Source: Candidatus Parcubacteria bacterium
Lineage (GTDB): Bacteria; Patescibacteriota; Minisyncoccia; Phycocordibacterales; UBA2100
Direction: 5' to 3'
NCBI GenBank assembly: GCA_041168925.1
Contig: JBEEJY010000019.1
Location: forward strand, 2,384-66,383
DNA length: 64,000 nucleotides
The number at the start of each line of letters is the position of its first letter. Positions within the stretch are counted from its first letter, which is position 1. The position numbers and the translations under genes are program-made. Below are positions 9,202 through 26,486 of this stretch, piece by piece. The notes below the pieces were generated by a model. That model did no database searches, had not been told where the DNA came from, and worked only from the letters and a program-made list of their open reading frames with translations.

Positions 9202-9474
9202 ATGGTAGTACGAATGCGTCGCAATCGCTCGCAGACCGCCAAGCGGCGCTCTCACCACGCACTCAGTGCCACGCGGCTCGCCGCGTGCGAGTGCGGCGCG
9301 CTTCGCGTCTCGCACCGCGCGTGCCCGAAGTGCGGAAAATACAACGGCAGAGTCATCGTCGACATCGTCGGAAAGGCGGCGCGCGAAGCGCGCCGCACGA
9401 AGCGTCGCGAAAAGGAGCTTCGCGCCAGCGGTCAATCCAGCGAGACCAAAGAAAAAGAAACTATCCATTCATAA
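9202..9474 (+). CDS. rpmF: 50S ribosomal protein L32 with basic C-terminal extension
   Basis: KRRSHHAL, CECG..HRACPKCGKYNGR zinc ribbon. Confidence 0.9.
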   Translation: MVVRMRRNRSQTAKRRSHHALSATRLAACECGALRVSHRACPKCGKYNGRVIVDIVGKAAREARRTKRREKELRASGQSSETKEKETIHS

Positions 9475-9548
9475 CTCATCCACAGGCTGGTTCATACACA
9501 TTTGCGTCTCTCTCTGTATACTGAAGTCAACGTAGTTGTTCTTTCGCT

Positions 9549-10460
9549 ATGGCAAATCGTCACCTAGCCCGTTCCGTCGTTCTCCAAGTTCTCTTCGAGC
9601 GCGATTCCTCGGATGGCAAAATGACCTCTGATGAAGCGCTCTCGCGTCTCTCGGATTACTCGCAAGAATTCGGCGCGCGCGAATCCGATATGCCGTTCAT
9701 GAAAGATCTACTTAAGACGGCAATCGCGAAGCAAAAAGAGATCGACGATGTGATCACGCGCGCCGCTCCCGAGTGGCCGCTCGAAAAAATAGCCGCGATC
9801 GATCGCAATGTCTTGCGGCTCGGCCTGACTGAGCTTCTCTTCGCCGACCGCACGCAGGTGCCGGCCAAGGTCGCGATCAATGAGGCGATCGAGCTCGCGA
9901 AATCCTTCGGCTCCTCCTCGTCGGGCCGTTTCGTCAACGGTGTTTTGGGCGCAGTCTACATCGAGCTCGGCGAGCCGGGGAAAAACGAAGGCGGCGCGCG
10001 CAAAAAAGATCCTCAGAAGCCGGTAAAAATGCTGACGGAACACCTGGCCGGAGCGGTCGTCTATGCAAGACACGAAGGCGAGACGTACCTCGCGTTCGTG
10101 CACGACATTTTCGGCCACTGGACGATCTCAAAAGGGAAGATTGAGGATGGCGAAGACGTCAAGCAAGGCGCAGTACGCGAGATAAAAGAAGAGATGGGAA
10201 TCGACATCACGATCATCCAGGAACTCGGAGTCAATGAGTACCTGGCCAACGACAGCAAAGTCGAGGGCGGCAAGAAGAGAAAGCGCGTCACCTATTTTCT
10301 CGCGGAATCGCCTTTTAGCGAGCTCCACCTCGGCTCTTCGGGAGGGCTCGACGACGCGCAATGGTTCCCGCTTTCCGCGGTAGGAGATCTCAATTTTTAC
10401 GACGACACGCTCAAAATCATCGTCCCGGCGATCAATGCGCTGGCAAAGAAGCAAAAATGA
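9549..10460 (+). CDS. nusB: NusB fused to a C-terminal NUDIX hydrolase
   Basis: RHLARSVVLQVLF, IDRNVLR, INEAIELAK.FG..FVNGVLG; Nudix box KGKIEDGE...AVREIKEEMG. Confidence 0.9.
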   Translation: MANRHLARSVVLQVLFERDSSDGKMTSDEALSRLSDYSQEFGARESDMPFMKDLLKTAIAKQKEIDDVITRAAPEWPLEKIAAIDRNVLRLGLTELLFADRTQVPAKVAINEAIELAKSFGSSSSGRFVNGVLGAVYIELGEPGKNEGGARKKDPQKPVKMLTEHLAGAVVYARHEGETYLAFVHDIFGHWTISKGKIEDGEDVKQGAVREIKEEMGIDITIIQELGVNEYLANDSKVEGGKKRKRVTYFLAESPFSELHLGSSGGLDDAQWFPLSAVGDLNFYDDTLKIIVPAINALAKKQK

Positions 10461-10470
10461 GATACCCCTC

Positions 10471-11160
10471 ATGCCTGATTTCAAAACATTCCAATCGAAA
10501 CTCGGCTATCGGTTCAAAGACGGACGTTTGCTGGAACAGGCGTTCACGCACCGCTCCTATCTCAACGAGAATCGGGCGAGCGGGAAGGAACATAACGAAC
10601 GCTTGGAATTTTTGGGCGACGCCGTACTCGAACTCGTCGTCACGGAATTTCTGTACGCAAAATATCCAGACAAACCGGAAGGCGATCTTACCGCCTATCG
10701 CGCCGCGCTCGTGAACACCGTCTCCATTTCTGCGGCCGCAACGGCGCTCGGGATGAACGACTACCTGCTTTTGTCGCGGGGCGAAGCAAGAGACACGGGC
10801 CGCGCGCGGCAGATCATCCTCGCCAATGCGTTCGAGGCCCTCATCGGCGCCCTCTATCTCGATTCCGGTTACGATGTCGCGAAAGGATTCATATCCGAAC
10901 AACTGTTCCACAAGACCGAAGAAGTGGTCGAAAAGCGCCTCTGGCAAGACGCCAAGAGCCGTCTTCAAGAAATCGCCCAAGAGCTGCTCAAAGTGACGCC
11001 GCGCTATGAGGTCGTGAGCCAAGCCGGGCCCGATCACGACCGCACTTTCATCGTCGCCGCCATTCTCGGGAGTACGAAAGTCGCGTCGGGCGAAGGCCGA
11101 TCCAAGCAGGAGGCGGAACAAGACGCTGCGGAGAAGGCCCTTGCGGCGAAGGGGTGGTAG
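10471..11160 (+). CDS. rnc: Ribonuclease III
   Basis: NERLEFLGDAVL signature; C-terminal dsRBD. Confidence 0.96.
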   Translation: MPDFKTFQSKLGYRFKDGRLLEQAFTHRSYLNENRASGKEHNERLEFLGDAVLELVVTEFLYAKYPDKPEGDLTAYRAALVNTVSISAAATALGMNDYLLLSRGEARDTGRARQIILANAFEALIGALYLDSGYDVAKGFISEQLFHKTEEVVEKRLWQDAKSRLQEIAQELLKVTPRYEVVSQAGPDHDRTFIVAAILGSTKVASGEGRSKQEAEQDAAEKALAAKGW

Positions 11161-11313
11161 CGGCCATTGTCGCAGACGGATTGTTCCGTACGGGAGGAGC
11201 GTGAAATACGTGTTCCTTAGTGCGTTCTAATACGGCGTTATCGTTCACTCAGATTTCGACCTGCGACCCTCGGACGAGCCGGGGGCCGACGTTTTTTTGG
11301 TACAATGAGGTGA

Positions 11314-13539
11314 ATGTTTTTGGCGCTCAAATCCATCGAGCTTTCGGGATTCAAGTCTTTCGGCAAGAAGACCGAACTGCGTTTCAGCTCCCCCATCGCC
11401 GGCGTCGTGGGGCCTAACGGTTCCGGGAAAAGCAATGTCGCGGAGGCGTTTCGCTTCGTTCTCGGCGAGCAGTCGATGAAAAGCATGAGATCGAAGCGCG
11501 GGGAAGACCTCATCTGGGGCGGTTCGCCGGCGTTGCCGCGACAGAATCGTGCGGGAGTGAAGGTAGTTTTCGACAACGCTCCCGGCCGCTCGGGCAATCG
11601 TCTGCTCGACATCGATTTTCAGGAGGTGATCATCGAGCGGATCGTGTATCGCGACGGACAGAACGAATATCTCCTGAACGGCACGCAGGTACGTTTGAAA
11701 GACGTTATTCGGTTGCTTGCTGGTGCCAACATCGGCGGCTCTGGGTACCAGATTATCTCTCAAGGAGAGGCCGATCGTATTTTGAACGCTCGGCCGCGCG
11801 AGCGCCGCGAGATGGTAGAGGATGCGCTCGGGTTAAAGCTCTACCAACACAAAAAAGCAGAGAGCGAACGCAAACTCGAAGAAACCGCCCATAATATCGA
11901 AAAAACCAAATCATTACGGCGCGAAATCGCGCCGCACCTCAATTTTCTGCGCTCGCAGGTGGAAAAGATAGAAAAGGCGCGAGAACTGAAAGAAGAACTC
12001 GCGCAAAAGCTCAGTGAGTATCTCGCTCGCGAAAGCGCCTGGATCACGCAGGAAGACGCGCGTTTGCGCGAGGAGGCCAAAGCACAGGAAGTCGAGCTCA
12101 AAGAGCTCGGCGAGCGCGTCGCGAAGGTTAAGGATAAGGGCGCGCATGGAAGCGGCGACGCGCTCGCCTCGCTTCGGCAGACGATCCTTGAGCGAGAGGG
12201 CAAACTCGCCCAAGCGCGCAGAGAAAGCGAGCGCCTCGCTCGAGAGCTTGGGCGCGCCGAGGCGCGGGCCGATGCGAACACCGTCACGACCGAACAGCTC
12301 GTTGCTATTCCGCACGTGCGCACTTTTGCGCGCGAGATCTCCGACGAACTTTCTTCTGCGGAGCGGGAAGGCGACCTCGGAGTAATACGAAGCAAGCTCG
12401 CGCAATTGCGAGAGAAGATCCGCGTCTTCGTCGATGGGCTCTCGGGCAGCGCGCCGGAGACAAGCGAAGAGGCGAAACAGCAGGTGCGCTCGCTCGGCGA
12501 TTCGCTCGCGCGCGTGCAAAAAGAAGAATCGGCACTTGCCGCAGAGCTTGAGGAGTTGCGTAAAAAGATCTCTGAATCCCGGGAAGCGTCTCTCGTTGCC
12601 GAACGCGATCTCACAGTGCTTGAAGCGGGAGCGCGAGAAGCTCAGGGAAAACTCAATTCGATACAGGCGGCGCGAGGAAACAACGCGCAGTCGCGAAAGC
12701 GTTTCGAGGAAGAAGTGCGGGAGGGTATCGCGCTCATCGGCAGCGGCACTCGCGCGTGGGAGAAAATCGGCATGCCCGACGGGGCGCTTTCCGAACCGCG
12801 CGAAGCTCAGGAGAAGCGGAGGCGCGATATCGAACGGCTGAAAATAAAGATCGAAGAATCCGGCATAGGCAACGGGGATGCGGTTGTCAGGGAATTCACG
12901 CAGACGAAAGACCGGGAAGAGTTCCTTGCCAAAGAGCTTGCCGACCTCGAAGCTTCCCGCGAAAAGCTCGAGGACATTATCGCGGAGCTCGAAAAAACCA
13001 TCGACGCGCACTTCACGGAAGGTCTGAAACAGATCAACGCAGCCTTAAGCGGCTTTTTCTCCAAGCTTTTCGGGGGCGGCCACGCGAAGCTTTTTGTCGA
13101 AGAACCGCGGCGGTTGAGGCGCTCGAAAGGCGAAGATTTGGAAGACGACGAAGACGAAGATGTCCCCGAAGAGGACGAACTCTATGCGGGGCTCAGTATC
13201 GACGTCTCGCTTCCGCGCAAAAAGATCCGCGGGCTCGAGGTGCTCTCCGGCGGCGAGCGAGCGCTCACGTCGATCGCCCTTATCTTTTCAATGACTCAGG
13301 TGAACCCACCGCCGTTTCTCATTCTCGATGAGACCGACGCGGCGCTCGATGAGGCCAACAGCAAGCGCTATGCCGACATGATCTGCGAGCTGGGGCAGAA
13401 GAGCCAGCTCATCGTCATCACCCACAATCGCGCCACGATGAGTGCCGCAGGAGAGCTCTACGGCGTCACCATGGGGCAGGACGGCGTATCGAAGTTGTTG
13501 TCGGTGAAGTTGGAGGAAGCCGAGCGGGTCGCAAAGTAA
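11314..13539 (+). CDS. smc: SMC-family ATPase, short form with no recognisable hinge
   Basis: GFKSF, GPNGSGKSN, IISQG, LSGGE, ILDETDAALD, VITH; coiled coil between. Confidence 0.88.
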   Translation: MFLALKSIELSGFKSFGKKTELRFSSPIAGVVGPNGSGKSNVAEAFRFVLGEQSMKSMRSKRGEDLIWGGSPALPRQNRAGVKVVFDNAPGRSGNRLLDIDFQEVIIERIVYRDGQNEYLLNGTQVRLKDVIRLLAGANIGGSGYQIISQGEADRILNARPRERREMVEDALGLKLYQHKKAESERKLEETAHNIEKTKSLRREIAPHLNFLRSQVEKIEKARELKEELAQKLSEYLARESAWITQEDARLREEAKAQEVELKELGERVAKVKDKGAHGSGDALASLRQTILEREGKLAQARRESERLARELGRAEARADANTVTTEQLVAIPHVRTFAREISDELSSAEREGDLGVIRSKLAQLREKIRVFVDGLSGSAPETSEEAKQQVRSLGDSLARVQKEESALAAELEELRKKISESREASLVAERDLTVLEAGAREAQGKLNSIQAARGNNAQSRKRFEEEVREGIALIGSGTRAWEKIGMPDGALSEPREAQEKRRRDIERLKIKIEESGIGNGDAVVREFTQTKDREEFLAKELADLEASREKLEDIIAELEKTIDAHFTEGLKQINAALSGFFSKLFGGGHAKLFVEEPRRLRRSKGEDLEDDEDEDVPEEDELYAGLSIDVSLPRKKIRGLEVLSGGERALTSIALIFSMTQVNPPPFLILDETDAALDEANSKRYADMICELGQKSQLIVITHNRATMSAAGELYGVTMGQDGVSKLLSVKLEEAERVAK

Positions 13540-13754
13540 TATTATTGATGACCGTGCAAGCGGCATAAATGGGTGCGAATGCGGTCATCGGAGTGCGTTA
13601 CGACGCGACCGATATGAGTACAGGTATCACGGAGGTGTTGGCCTACGGCGCCGCAGTCGTCGAGCGTGTTTAATCCGCAGATGAAATCAAAAGTTGCTTG
13701 AGTGCGGGTCTCGCCGTAGAGTACTGCTGGCAACCGCAGAAAAAGGAGGTCGGG

Positions 13755-14576
13755 ATGACCAGTGCGGCAAAAGGGAAACGAAAAAAGGTCGTAATCGTCG
13801 CGTCGGATGGAAGCGGAAAGTCGGGTCTGCAGTTGAGCAGGTCGATCCTCGAACTTTTCGGGGTATCCGATGTCGTACTGCGCCCGCATCCGAAGGTGAC
13901 GAGAGTCGAGCGCATCCAACAAATCGTGCGGGAGGCTCATAGCTTGGGAGCGTCCGTCGTGTACACGTTTCGAAGCCGTTCACACCGGGACTTAATGAAC
14001 GACATGACGATGGAGCACGGAATCGCGGCCGTCGATTTATCGGGTCCGATCATCGACATGTTCTCGAAATGGCTGCATGCCGAACCGACGCATAAGCCGA
14101 GCCACGAGGAATCCGATCGGCGATTCCATGCCCGCGATTTTCTCGACAAGCACGAGGACGGTCAGAATCCCGAGGGGCTCCCGGACGCCGATGCAATCAT
14201 CGTCGGGCCAAGCCGCACGATGAAGACGCCGACGTGTCGGGAGCTCGCTAGCGTGCATTTCATGCTCGTCGCGAACGTGCCACTTACGACGACGGAACTG
14301 CCGCTCCAACTTTTCCTTGTCCCGAAACACAAGGTCTTTGTTTTCGTCATGTCTTCGGCCGAGAGACTGGCCCGGTATCGTACAAAACGCGGCCAGAATG
14401 GAAGACTGGGATCGCAATACCTCGACGTGAACTTGATCGCGCAGGAGTTGAACAGAGCGCGCAGGCTCGCCGAGAAAAACGGCTGGACGATCATCGACGT
14501 TGCCGGCCAGGCACCCGAGGAACTGGCAACCGAGATCATCGAGATACTCCAATCGCGCAACGGGTGTTCGGAATAG
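13755..14576 (+). CDS. PEP synthase/PPDK regulatory kinase-pyrophosphorylase (DUF299/PSRP family), divergent
   Basis: VASDGSG, F..HEDGQ, DAIIVGPSRTMKTPT, VANVPL; strong AGGAGGT SD. Confidence 0.8.
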   Translation: MTSAAKGKRKKVVIVASDGSGKSGLQLSRSILELFGVSDVVLRPHPKVTRVERIQQIVREAHSLGASVVYTFRSRSHRDLMNDMTMEHGIAAVDLSGPIIDMFSKWLHAEPTHKPSHEESDRRFHARDFLDKHEDGQNPEGLPDADAIIVGPSRTMKTPTCRELASVHFMLVANVPLTTTELPLQLFLVPKHKVFVFVMSSAERLARYRTKRGQNGRLGSQYLDVNLIAQELNRARRLAEKNGWTIIDVAGQAPEELATEIIEILQSRNGCSE

Positions 14577-14605
14577 CCCTGGATACGTCTCGAGCAGACA
14601 CGACG

Positions 14606-14642
14606 TGCCGGCGCCCCGCAGAGGGCGCCGGCATTGATTTTT
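14606..14642 (+). terminator. Intrinsic terminator
   Basis: tgccggcgccc/gggcgccggca stem plus T-rich tail. Confidence 0.65.
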
Positions 14643-14671
14643 GGGCTCTTTTTTAGTACAGTGTCGCAGTT

Positions 14672-15046
14672 ATGTTGAAGATTCGAATGCAGCGGACGGG
14701 GCGCACCAACAGCCCCTCGTTTCGCATTGTCGTCACCGAACACACCGCGTCTCCCAAGGCGGGGAAGTTCGTGGAGAAAGTCGGCACGTACAACCCAAAG
14801 ACGAAAGAGCGCAACCTCGATGGGGAGCGCGTAAAATACTGGATGTCGGTCGGCGCGAAGCCTTCGGCGACCGTGCACAATATGCTTGTTTCTCTCGGTG
14901 CCATTTCCGGCAAAAAGATCAATGTATTACCTGCCTACAAAGCTCCCGCCCCGGCAGATGCCGCGCAAAGCGAGCCCGCAGCTGCCCCGGCTGAAGCGCC
15001 GGCTCCTGATTCAGAACCCGTTGCGGCCGAAGCGAAGCAGGAGTAG
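14672..15046 (+). CDS. rpsP: 30S ribosomal protein S16
   Basis: MLKIRMQRTG..FRIVV..EKVGTYNP..GAKPSATV. Confidence 0.96.
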   Translation: MLKIRMQRTGRTNSPSFRIVVTEHTASPKAGKFVEKVGTYNPKTKERNLDGERVKYWMSVGAKPSATVHNMLVSLGAISGKKINVLPAYKAPAPADAAQSEPAAAPAEAPAPDSEPVAAEAKQE

Positions 15047-15088
15047 TGGTATACTGGCAAGTACTTACAATAATAATGGGCACTCCCT

Positions 15089-15436
15089 ATGGAACGCGAT
15101 CAGCAATTCCTTGAGTACGTGGTAAAAGCACTCGTTGATAATCCGGATGACGTCAAGATCAATCGGACGGTCGATGAAATGGGCGTTTTGCTCACGCTTT
15201 CGGTCAACAAGGACGACATGGGTAAAGTGATCGGCCGCTCCGGCGCCACGGCGAAGGCGATCCGCACGGTGCTTCGCGTCGTCGGTATGAAAAACGACGC
15301 CCGCGTCAACCTCAAGATCGAAGAGCCGGAAGGATCAGATCGTAGCGGGATTGGCATGGGCGATGAGTCTTCGAAACCTTATGAGCGTGATACGACCGTC
15401 GACGACGTCATCAAAGACCTGAAAGGCGGTAATTAA
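15089..15436 (+). CDS. khpA: KH-domain RNA-binding protein KhpA
   Basis: LVDNPDDV, DMGKVIGRSG.TAKAIR; position between rpsP and trmD. Confidence 0.9.
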   Translation: MERDQQFLEYVVKALVDNPDDVKINRTVDEMGVLLTLSVNKDDMGKVIGRSGATAKAIRTVLRVVGMKNDARVNLKIEEPEGSDRSGIGMGDESSKPYERDTTVDDVIKDLKGGN

Positions 15437-15441
15437 CGCCT

Positions 15442-16083
15442 ATGGTGCATTTTCATATCGTGACTCTGTTCCCGGAGTCTATCGAGCCCTATCTCAAGAG
15501 TTCCATCATCGGCCGCGCACTGAAGGCAAAGAAAATAAAGGTCTCCTTTTACGACCCCAAGAAATTCACACGCGACAAATACGGCCGCGTGGACCGCAGG
15601 CCGTATGGCGGCGGGCCGGGGATGGTCCTCGAGCCAGACGGCATGTTGCGGGCGGCGGAAAAAGCCCTGAAAGGGAAGAGGAACTCGGAAAAATTATTTT
15701 TTGCCACCGATGGCGTACGCTTCGACGAAGCGATGGCAAGAAAGCTCTCGAGGAAACGAGACGTTCTTTTGGTCGCCGGACATTACGAAGGGGTCGACGC
15801 GCGCGTGCAGAAGATACTGAAAGCGAAGAAAGTGTCGATTGGTCCATTCGTACTGACCGGCGGCGAGCTGCCTGCGGCGATTGTCATCGACGCGGTCGCT
15901 CGTTTCGTGCCTGGAGTTCTCGGCAAAGCCGAATCACTCGAAGCGGCACGAGTTTCGAGTCCGGAGGTGTACACGCGTCCGGACGTGCTCGTTTGGAAAG
16001 GGAAAACATACAAGGTCCCGGAAGTTCTCAAGAGCGGGCATCACGCCAAGATCGAGGAGTGGAAAATGAAGAGGCGCCGGTAG
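15442..16083 (+). CDS. trmD: tRNA (m1G37) methyltransferase
   Basis: VTLFPE, PYGGGPGMV, GHYEGVDAR, SIG.FVLTGGE, YTRP. Confidence 0.96.
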   Translation: MVHFHIVTLFPESIEPYLKSSIIGRALKAKKIKVSFYDPKKFTRDKYGRVDRRPYGGGPGMVLEPDGMLRAAEKALKGKRNSEKLFFATDGVRFDEAMARKLSRKRDVLLVAGHYEGVDARVQKILKAKKVSIGPFVLTGGELPAAIVIDAVARFVPGVLGKAESLEAARVSSPEVYTRPDVLVWKGKTYKVPEVLKSGHHAKIEEWKMKRRR

Positions 16084-16122
16084 ACAACCGGTAAACGAGC
16101 GGACGGGGGAATCCCCACTCCC

Positions 16123-16150
16123 TTGACACTAAAAAACCTTCATATATAGT
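16123..16150 (+). promoter_or_regulatory. sigma70 promoter of rpoBC
   Basis: TTGACA (16123-28), 16 bp, TATAGT (16145-50). Confidence 0.7.
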
Positions 16151-16273
16151 GTCCGCACATTTGCACAAGGCTTGATTGAGTTGCGGATGCGTCTTTGGCA
16201 AAGGTTTTGATACGACAATTTAATAACGCTCACACCAGCAGCGAGAAGTGCTGCGCGGTTAGCTTGTTGCACA

Positions 16274-23127
<6,854 letters not shown>

Positions 23128-23192
23128 CTCTCTGCGATGACTTCAGTGAGCCGGCGTTCGCACTTTTCATACGAAAAGCGCATAATGGCCGC

Positions 23193-24926
23193 ATGGCGGA
23201 CACGGTACAGCAGATCAAGGACAAACTTTCCATCGTCGACGTCGTCTCGCAGTACGTGAAGCTCGAGCGCGCAGGCCAGGGCCTGCGCGCTCGATGCCCC
23301 TTTCACGCGGAAAAAACTCCTTCGTTCCACGTCTCACCGGAGCGCGGCACGTATCATTGCTTCGGATGCGGCGTCGGCGGCGACATATTCAGCTTCGTCG
23401 AGGCCATCGAAGGATTAGATTTCAAGGGCGCGCTTAAGGTGCTTGCGGAGAGGGCGGGCGTCGAGATCATATACAGTCGTGGCGGCAAGGAACAGAAAGA
23501 CGGACGCGATCGGCTCTTCGAACTCATGGAAGCCGCGACGATTTTCTACGTCTCGCGACTTACCGATGCGGCAAAAGGATATTTGAAAGAGCGGGGAATC
23601 TCCGAAGAAACGTTCAAGCAATTCCGGCTCGGTCTTGCGGGGGAGTCATGGAGTGAGGCGTCCGACTATTTGAAGCAGAGAAAATATTCGGACACAGAAT
23701 TGCTCGACGCGGGTATTTCGAAGAAAAACGAGCGGGGAAGTTTGACTGACAAGTTCAGGAACAGGATCATGTTCCCTATCGCCGACTCCGCCGGGCGCAT
23801 CGTCGGATTCTCCGGGCGTATCTTCGGTGAGAAAGCCTCGCCGGATGCGCCGAAGTACCTCAATTCTCCCGAAACTCCCCTCTTTCACAAATCAAAAATC
23901 CTCTACGGCTTCGACCGGGCCAAGCAGTCGATCAGGAAGCATCAATGCGCGGTCCTTGTGGAAGGGCAGATGGATCTCTTGGCTTCGCATCAGGCTGGAT
24001 GGAGCAATACTATCGCGGTATCAGGGACGGCTTTCACGCAGGATCATGCGACGCTTATCAAAAGAATGACGGATAACCTCGTGCTGGCTCTCGATGCCGA
24101 CGAGGCCGGCATCAAGGCGGCAGGAAGAGCCGCGAGAGCGGCGCTCCAAAGCGGGCTTAATGTGAAGGTCGCGAAGCTGCCCGCGGGCCTCGATCCGGCC
24201 GATCTCATTCAGAAAGAGGGGAAAGAGACGTGGAGTAAGGCGATCCGTGATTCGAAAGATATCATTACCTTCCTGCTCGACGTACTCGAAGAACATGCGA
24301 AAAACAAAGATGCGTTCCGCCGCGCGGTGGAAGCGATCGTGCTGCCGTTTCTCGCCGACGTCTCGTCTCCGATCGCACGAGAACATTACGAACAAGAGAT
24401 CAGCGAGCGTCTTATGGTATCGCGCGAGGCAATCGTCGAAGCACTCGCGAAAGTCCCTCGCGTGCCAAACTACAACGCCGCCCCTGAATCCAGGCCGAAC
24501 GACGCGTCATACCGGGAGAACAAAACGTCGCCGCGGTCTCACCACGCGTACGGAATTTTGCGCTGGCAGCAGAAGCTCGCGCAGCCTCAGCTTGATCTTA
24601 CCCGTCTTGAACGGGAGTTTGAAGAAGCCGTAGGTACGACGACATCGCACGTACTCCAACAATTGCCCGAAAAAGAAAAGGAAGCTCTCATATTTGCCGC
24701 TGAGCGGATGTACGCGAAGCCGGGAGCGCCGGAACGCGATCTCGAACGCGAGACGAAGACGCTGCTCGATGTCTTGCTGAAAGAGCGGCTCACCGCGGAT
24801 CTCAAAGAGGCGACCGAGGCCTTGAAAAACGCCGAGAATACCGGAGATGCGAAACAGGCGGCTGTGTATATCGATGTGTGTAAAGTGTTGACAACTCGGA
24901 TTGCGAAATTGCACGAAAAAGGATAG
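23193..24926 (+). CDS. dnaG: DNA primase
   Basis: CPFHAEKTPSF, CFGCG, KYLNSPET, VEGQMD, DAD.AG. Confidence 0.97.
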   Translation: MADTVQQIKDKLSIVDVVSQYVKLERAGQGLRARCPFHAEKTPSFHVSPERGTYHCFGCGVGGDIFSFVEAIEGLDFKGALKVLAERAGVEIIYSRGGKEQKDGRDRLFELMEAATIFYVSRLTDAAKGYLKERGISEETFKQFRLGLAGESWSEASDYLKQRKYSDTELLDAGISKKNERGSLTDKFRNRIMFPIADSAGRIVGFSGRIFGEKASPDAPKYLNSPETPLFHKSKILYGFDRAKQSIRKHQCAVLVEGQMDLLASHQAGWSNTIAVSGTAFTQDHATLIKRMTDNLVLALDADEAGIKAAGRAARAALQSGLNVKVAKLPAGLDPADLIQKEGKETWSKAIRDSKDIITFLLDVLEEHAKNKDAFRRAVEAIVLPFLADVSSPIAREHYEQEISERLMVSREAIVEALAKVPRVPNYNAAPESRPNDASYRENKTSPRSHHAYGILRWQQKLAQPQLDLTRLEREFEEAVGTTTSHVLQQLPEKEKEALIFAAERMYAKPGAPERDLERETKTLLDVLLKERLTADLKEATEALKNAENTGDAKQAAVYIDVCKVLTTRIAKLHEKG

Positions 24927-25065
24927 AGTGACCCGCTCGTGTTGGCCGCCGGAGGCACCGCCTCAAAAAGGCCCTCAAAACGTAATATTTTAGGGTTTTA
25001 GGCAGTACAACACGATATACCGCGTTTATTTACGCCCGATGAGGTGGGCGCAGCGCGCAAGTGAT

Positions 25066-26352
25066 ATGGCAAAGGAAAAACACAAGAAAACGACGCGAGG
25101 CAAAGCTTTCTCGGCAGGCAAACGCAAGAAAGCGTCAACCGGAAAGCGGTCGCGTTTGGCACGCAAAGCCGCTCGTCAGACGGCGCGCAAGCTGCGGCAG
25201 AAAGCGCGCAAGAAGGCAAGCCGCGCGTCGCAGTCGAACAAACAAAAACACTCCGGCGGCATCCGCGCGATGGGGCACAAACAACAAGACAAAGTTGAAG
25301 CGCTCATCACGCTCGGCCGAGAGCGCGGCTACGTGACCTACGACGAAATCTTGCGAGAATTTCCGACGATCGAGGACAACGTCGTTCTCCTTGAGGAGAT
25401 GTATGAACGCTTCGGCGCCGCCGGCATCGACGTCTTGGAAGGCGGCGGCATGCTCGAGGATTCCTCGGCAGACTCGGTGCTTGCTTCCAAAAAGCTGCAG
25501 AATCGCCGTTCGGATTCGAGTTATGATAGCGTTCAGATGTATCTGCGAGAAATCGGCCAGTACCAGCTTCTCACCGGCAACCAGGAAAAAGAACTCGCGA
25601 AGCGCATTTTGCAGGGCGACGAAGAGGCGCGAAGCATTCTCGCGCGCTCCAATTTGCGCCTCGTCGTGTCGATAGCGAAGAAATACGTGAATCGCTCCCC
25701 CGATCTGACCCTTCTTGATCTAATCCAGGAAGGAAATCTCGGGCTGTTCAAGGCTGTAGATAAGTTCGATCATACAAAGGGCTACAAATTCTCGACTTAC
25801 GCCACCTGGTGGATCCGCCAGGCGATTACCCGCGCGCTTGCCGACCAATCGCGCACGATCCGGATCCCCGTGCACATGGTGGAGACGATCGCGAAATACA
25901 AGCAAAAAGTGCGCGAACTCTCGCAACACCTCGGCCGCGATCCGCTTCCGGAGGAAATCGCCGCGGAAATGGGCATCGAACTCGACAAGATCTACACCAT
26001 CCAGAAGATCAATCAGGACACCGTTTCGCTCGAATCGCCGGTGGGGGAAGACGACGACGAGCGCTCCACTCTCGGCTCATTTATCGCCGACGACACCATC
26101 GCTTCGCCGGACCAGGATGCTTCACGCAGAATTCTGAATGAGCAGATGATCGAAATTCTCGATGAGCTTTCACCAAAGGAGCGCAAGATACTCGAAATGC
26201 GCAACGGACTCACGCCCGAGGGCATCTGCTTCACGCTCGAAGAAGTTGGCAGGGAATTTGGCGTTACCCGCGAACGAATCAGGCAGATTGAAGCGAAGGC
26301 TTTGGAGCGGATCCGCTTTCACGAGCGCGCGAAGCAGTTGAGGAGTTACTAG
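25066..26352 (+). CDS. rpoD: Primary sigma70 factor with K/R-rich N-terminal extension
   Basis: [51 protein letters not shown]. Confidence 0.95.
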   Translation: MAKEKHKKTTRGKAFSAGKRKKASTGKRSRLARKAARQTARKLRQKARKKASRASQSNKQKHSGGIRAMGHKQQDKVEALITLGRERGYVTYDEILREFPTIEDNVVLLEEMYERFGAAGIDVLEGGGMLEDSSADSVLASKKLQNRRSDSSYDSVQMYLREIGQYQLLTGNQEKELAKRILQGDEEARSILARSNLRLVVSIAKKYVNRSPDLTLLDLIQEGNLGLFKAVDKFDHTKGYKFSTYATWWIRQAITRALADQSRTIRIPVHMVETIAKYKQKVRELSQHLGRDPLPEEIAAEMGIELDKIYTIQKINQDTVSLESPVGEDDDERSTLGSFIADDTIASPDQDASRRILNEQMIEILDELSPKERKILEMRNGLTPEGICFTLEEVGREFGVTRERIRQIEAKALERIRFHERAKQLRSY

Positions 26353-26425
26353 TCCGCCAGACTCGCCTGCCGCAGGCAAGTTGAAGACAAAACTCTCGAG
26401 CGCTCCCGCCTTGGTTGAGCATCAC

Positions 26426-26465
26426 ATATTCAAAAATCTGTACGACCGTGGTGATTTTTGAATAT
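26426..26465 (-). repeat. 40-bp palindromic dispersed element, copy A
   Basis: Reverse complement atattcaaaaatcacCACGGTCGTacagatttttgaatat (core in capitals); same register as 55883-55922 and 63542-63581. Confidence 0.8.
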
Positions 26466-26486
26466 TGATTCTTGTGTAAGATCGAC

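Noticed and set aside
9477-9485. DnaA-box-like TCATCCACA suggesting oriC
   Set aside because: A single mismatched box with no cluster or unwinding element.
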